Assembly (NCBI RefSeq): GCF_006345805.1
Contig: NW_021829521.1
Coordinates: forward strand, 1-6,090
Source: Octopus sinensis
Lineage: Eukaryota
DNA length: 6,090 nt
Direction: 5' to 3'
Below are positions 5,325 to 6,090 of the stretch, one piece after another. A model generated the notes under the pieces. That model did no database searches. It was not told the DNA's origin and worked only from the letters and a program-made list of their open reading frames with translations. Numbering within the stretch: position 1 is the first letter of the stretch; each line of letters starts with the position of its first letter. A program made the position numbers and the translations under genes.

Positions 5325-6090
5325 ATTAATGAAATTGTGTTTAATAAAGCGCTTATTTTCGCAATGAATAAAGTGGGTATGTCACGGGAAGAAGTTAATG
5401 TAATTAAAATGGCTAGGAAATCGCTAATTAAATATAAAAATAAATTATGGGCTAGGAATGATACTAGAGATTGTTTTGATATACCTATGGGAGCACCAGA
5501 TTCTGCACAGGCTACTGATTTAGTAGGTATTTTTATTTTATCTGAACTCCAATTAGAAAATTTTAAGATAAAGGGTGGTTTATATAGAGACGATCTTCTA
5601 CTAGTTACAAAGAATTGTACTAATAGGAATCTAGAAGTATATAAGAAAAAACTATATAGTTTCTTTAAAAGATATGGTTTAAGTATTACTATATATAAGG
5701 AGAATTAAATGTTAATTATTTAGATGTTATTTTAATCTTATTACAGGTAAAACACACCATATCATAAACTTAATGATAACCTTAGATATATAAATGTTAA
5801 TAGTAATCACCCATTTTCTATTAAAAAATCGTTGATTAATATATAAGTAAACGTATTTCTTTACTCTCTTATGATATAGAGATTTTTAATAAACATGCTA
5901 ATTATTATAATGAGGCCCTTAGAGGGCAGTTATAATAAGAATATTAAATTTTATAATATTAGTGATAAAGATTTAAATGATAATTTTCGAGATACTTCTA
6001 ATAATAATTATAATTTTTGTTAGTTTAGTGGTAAAAATAATAGATATTATAAAATAATAAAAATGATAAAAATAAATACGAATAATAATA
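5325..6090 (+). mobile_element. Penelope-like retroelement (PLE) reverse transcriptase, 5'-truncated, frameshifted, continuing beyond the window
   Basis: Motifs: FDIPMGAPDSAQATDLVG (motif B' region, PMGAPDS at 5484-5504) and GLYRDDLL (catalytic YRDD at 5583-5594). Across frameshifts follow VNYLDV, NLITGK, PYHKLNDNLRYINVNSNHPF (SNHP at 5802-5813, typical of PLE RTs), ISKRISLLS...IFN...YYNEAL and an Asn-rich linker. A GIY-YIG endonuclease is not within the window. Confidence 0.88.

Noticed and set aside
5337-5708. Bacterial retron, DGR or group II intron RT system
   Set aside because: The motifs (MGAPDS, YRDD, SNHP) and the microsatellite/SINE context indicate a eukaryotic Penelope-like element. 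No msr-msd, TR/VR pair or operon structure is seen.

Overview
AT-rich, microsatellite-dense eukaryotic genomic DNA with no prokaryotic features. The repeat content resembles a coleoid cephalopod, probably Octopus; this is recalled family resemblance, not a database result. The window is mostly layered retroelement debris. It holds halves of a tRNA-derived CORE-type SINE (785-940, 1711-1760, 2011-2205), a zinc-knuckle fragment of an RLE-type (R4/Dong-like) LINE missed by the ORF track (1759-1926, minus), and a 5'-truncated, frameshifted Penelope-like (PLE) reverse transcriptase running off the right edge (5325-6090). Structures the annotation does not explain: (i) a gap-free 143-bp inverted repeat (2238-2576) whose arms each carry a degenerate hammerhead-like terminus; (ii) a second long fold-back of 214 nt (4101-4314) whose mismatches are mostly G.U-compatible on the + strand; (iii) four loci sharing the layout GAAAY-N4-GTA, AATAAA-like hexamer, T-run, microsatellite; (iv) a 36-bp minisatellite open on both strands; (v) three minus-strand islands that splice in frame into a 149-codon ORF, though two may instead be ancient LINE remnants. 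No complete host gene or intact element can be demonstrated. All alignments and counts were done by hand.
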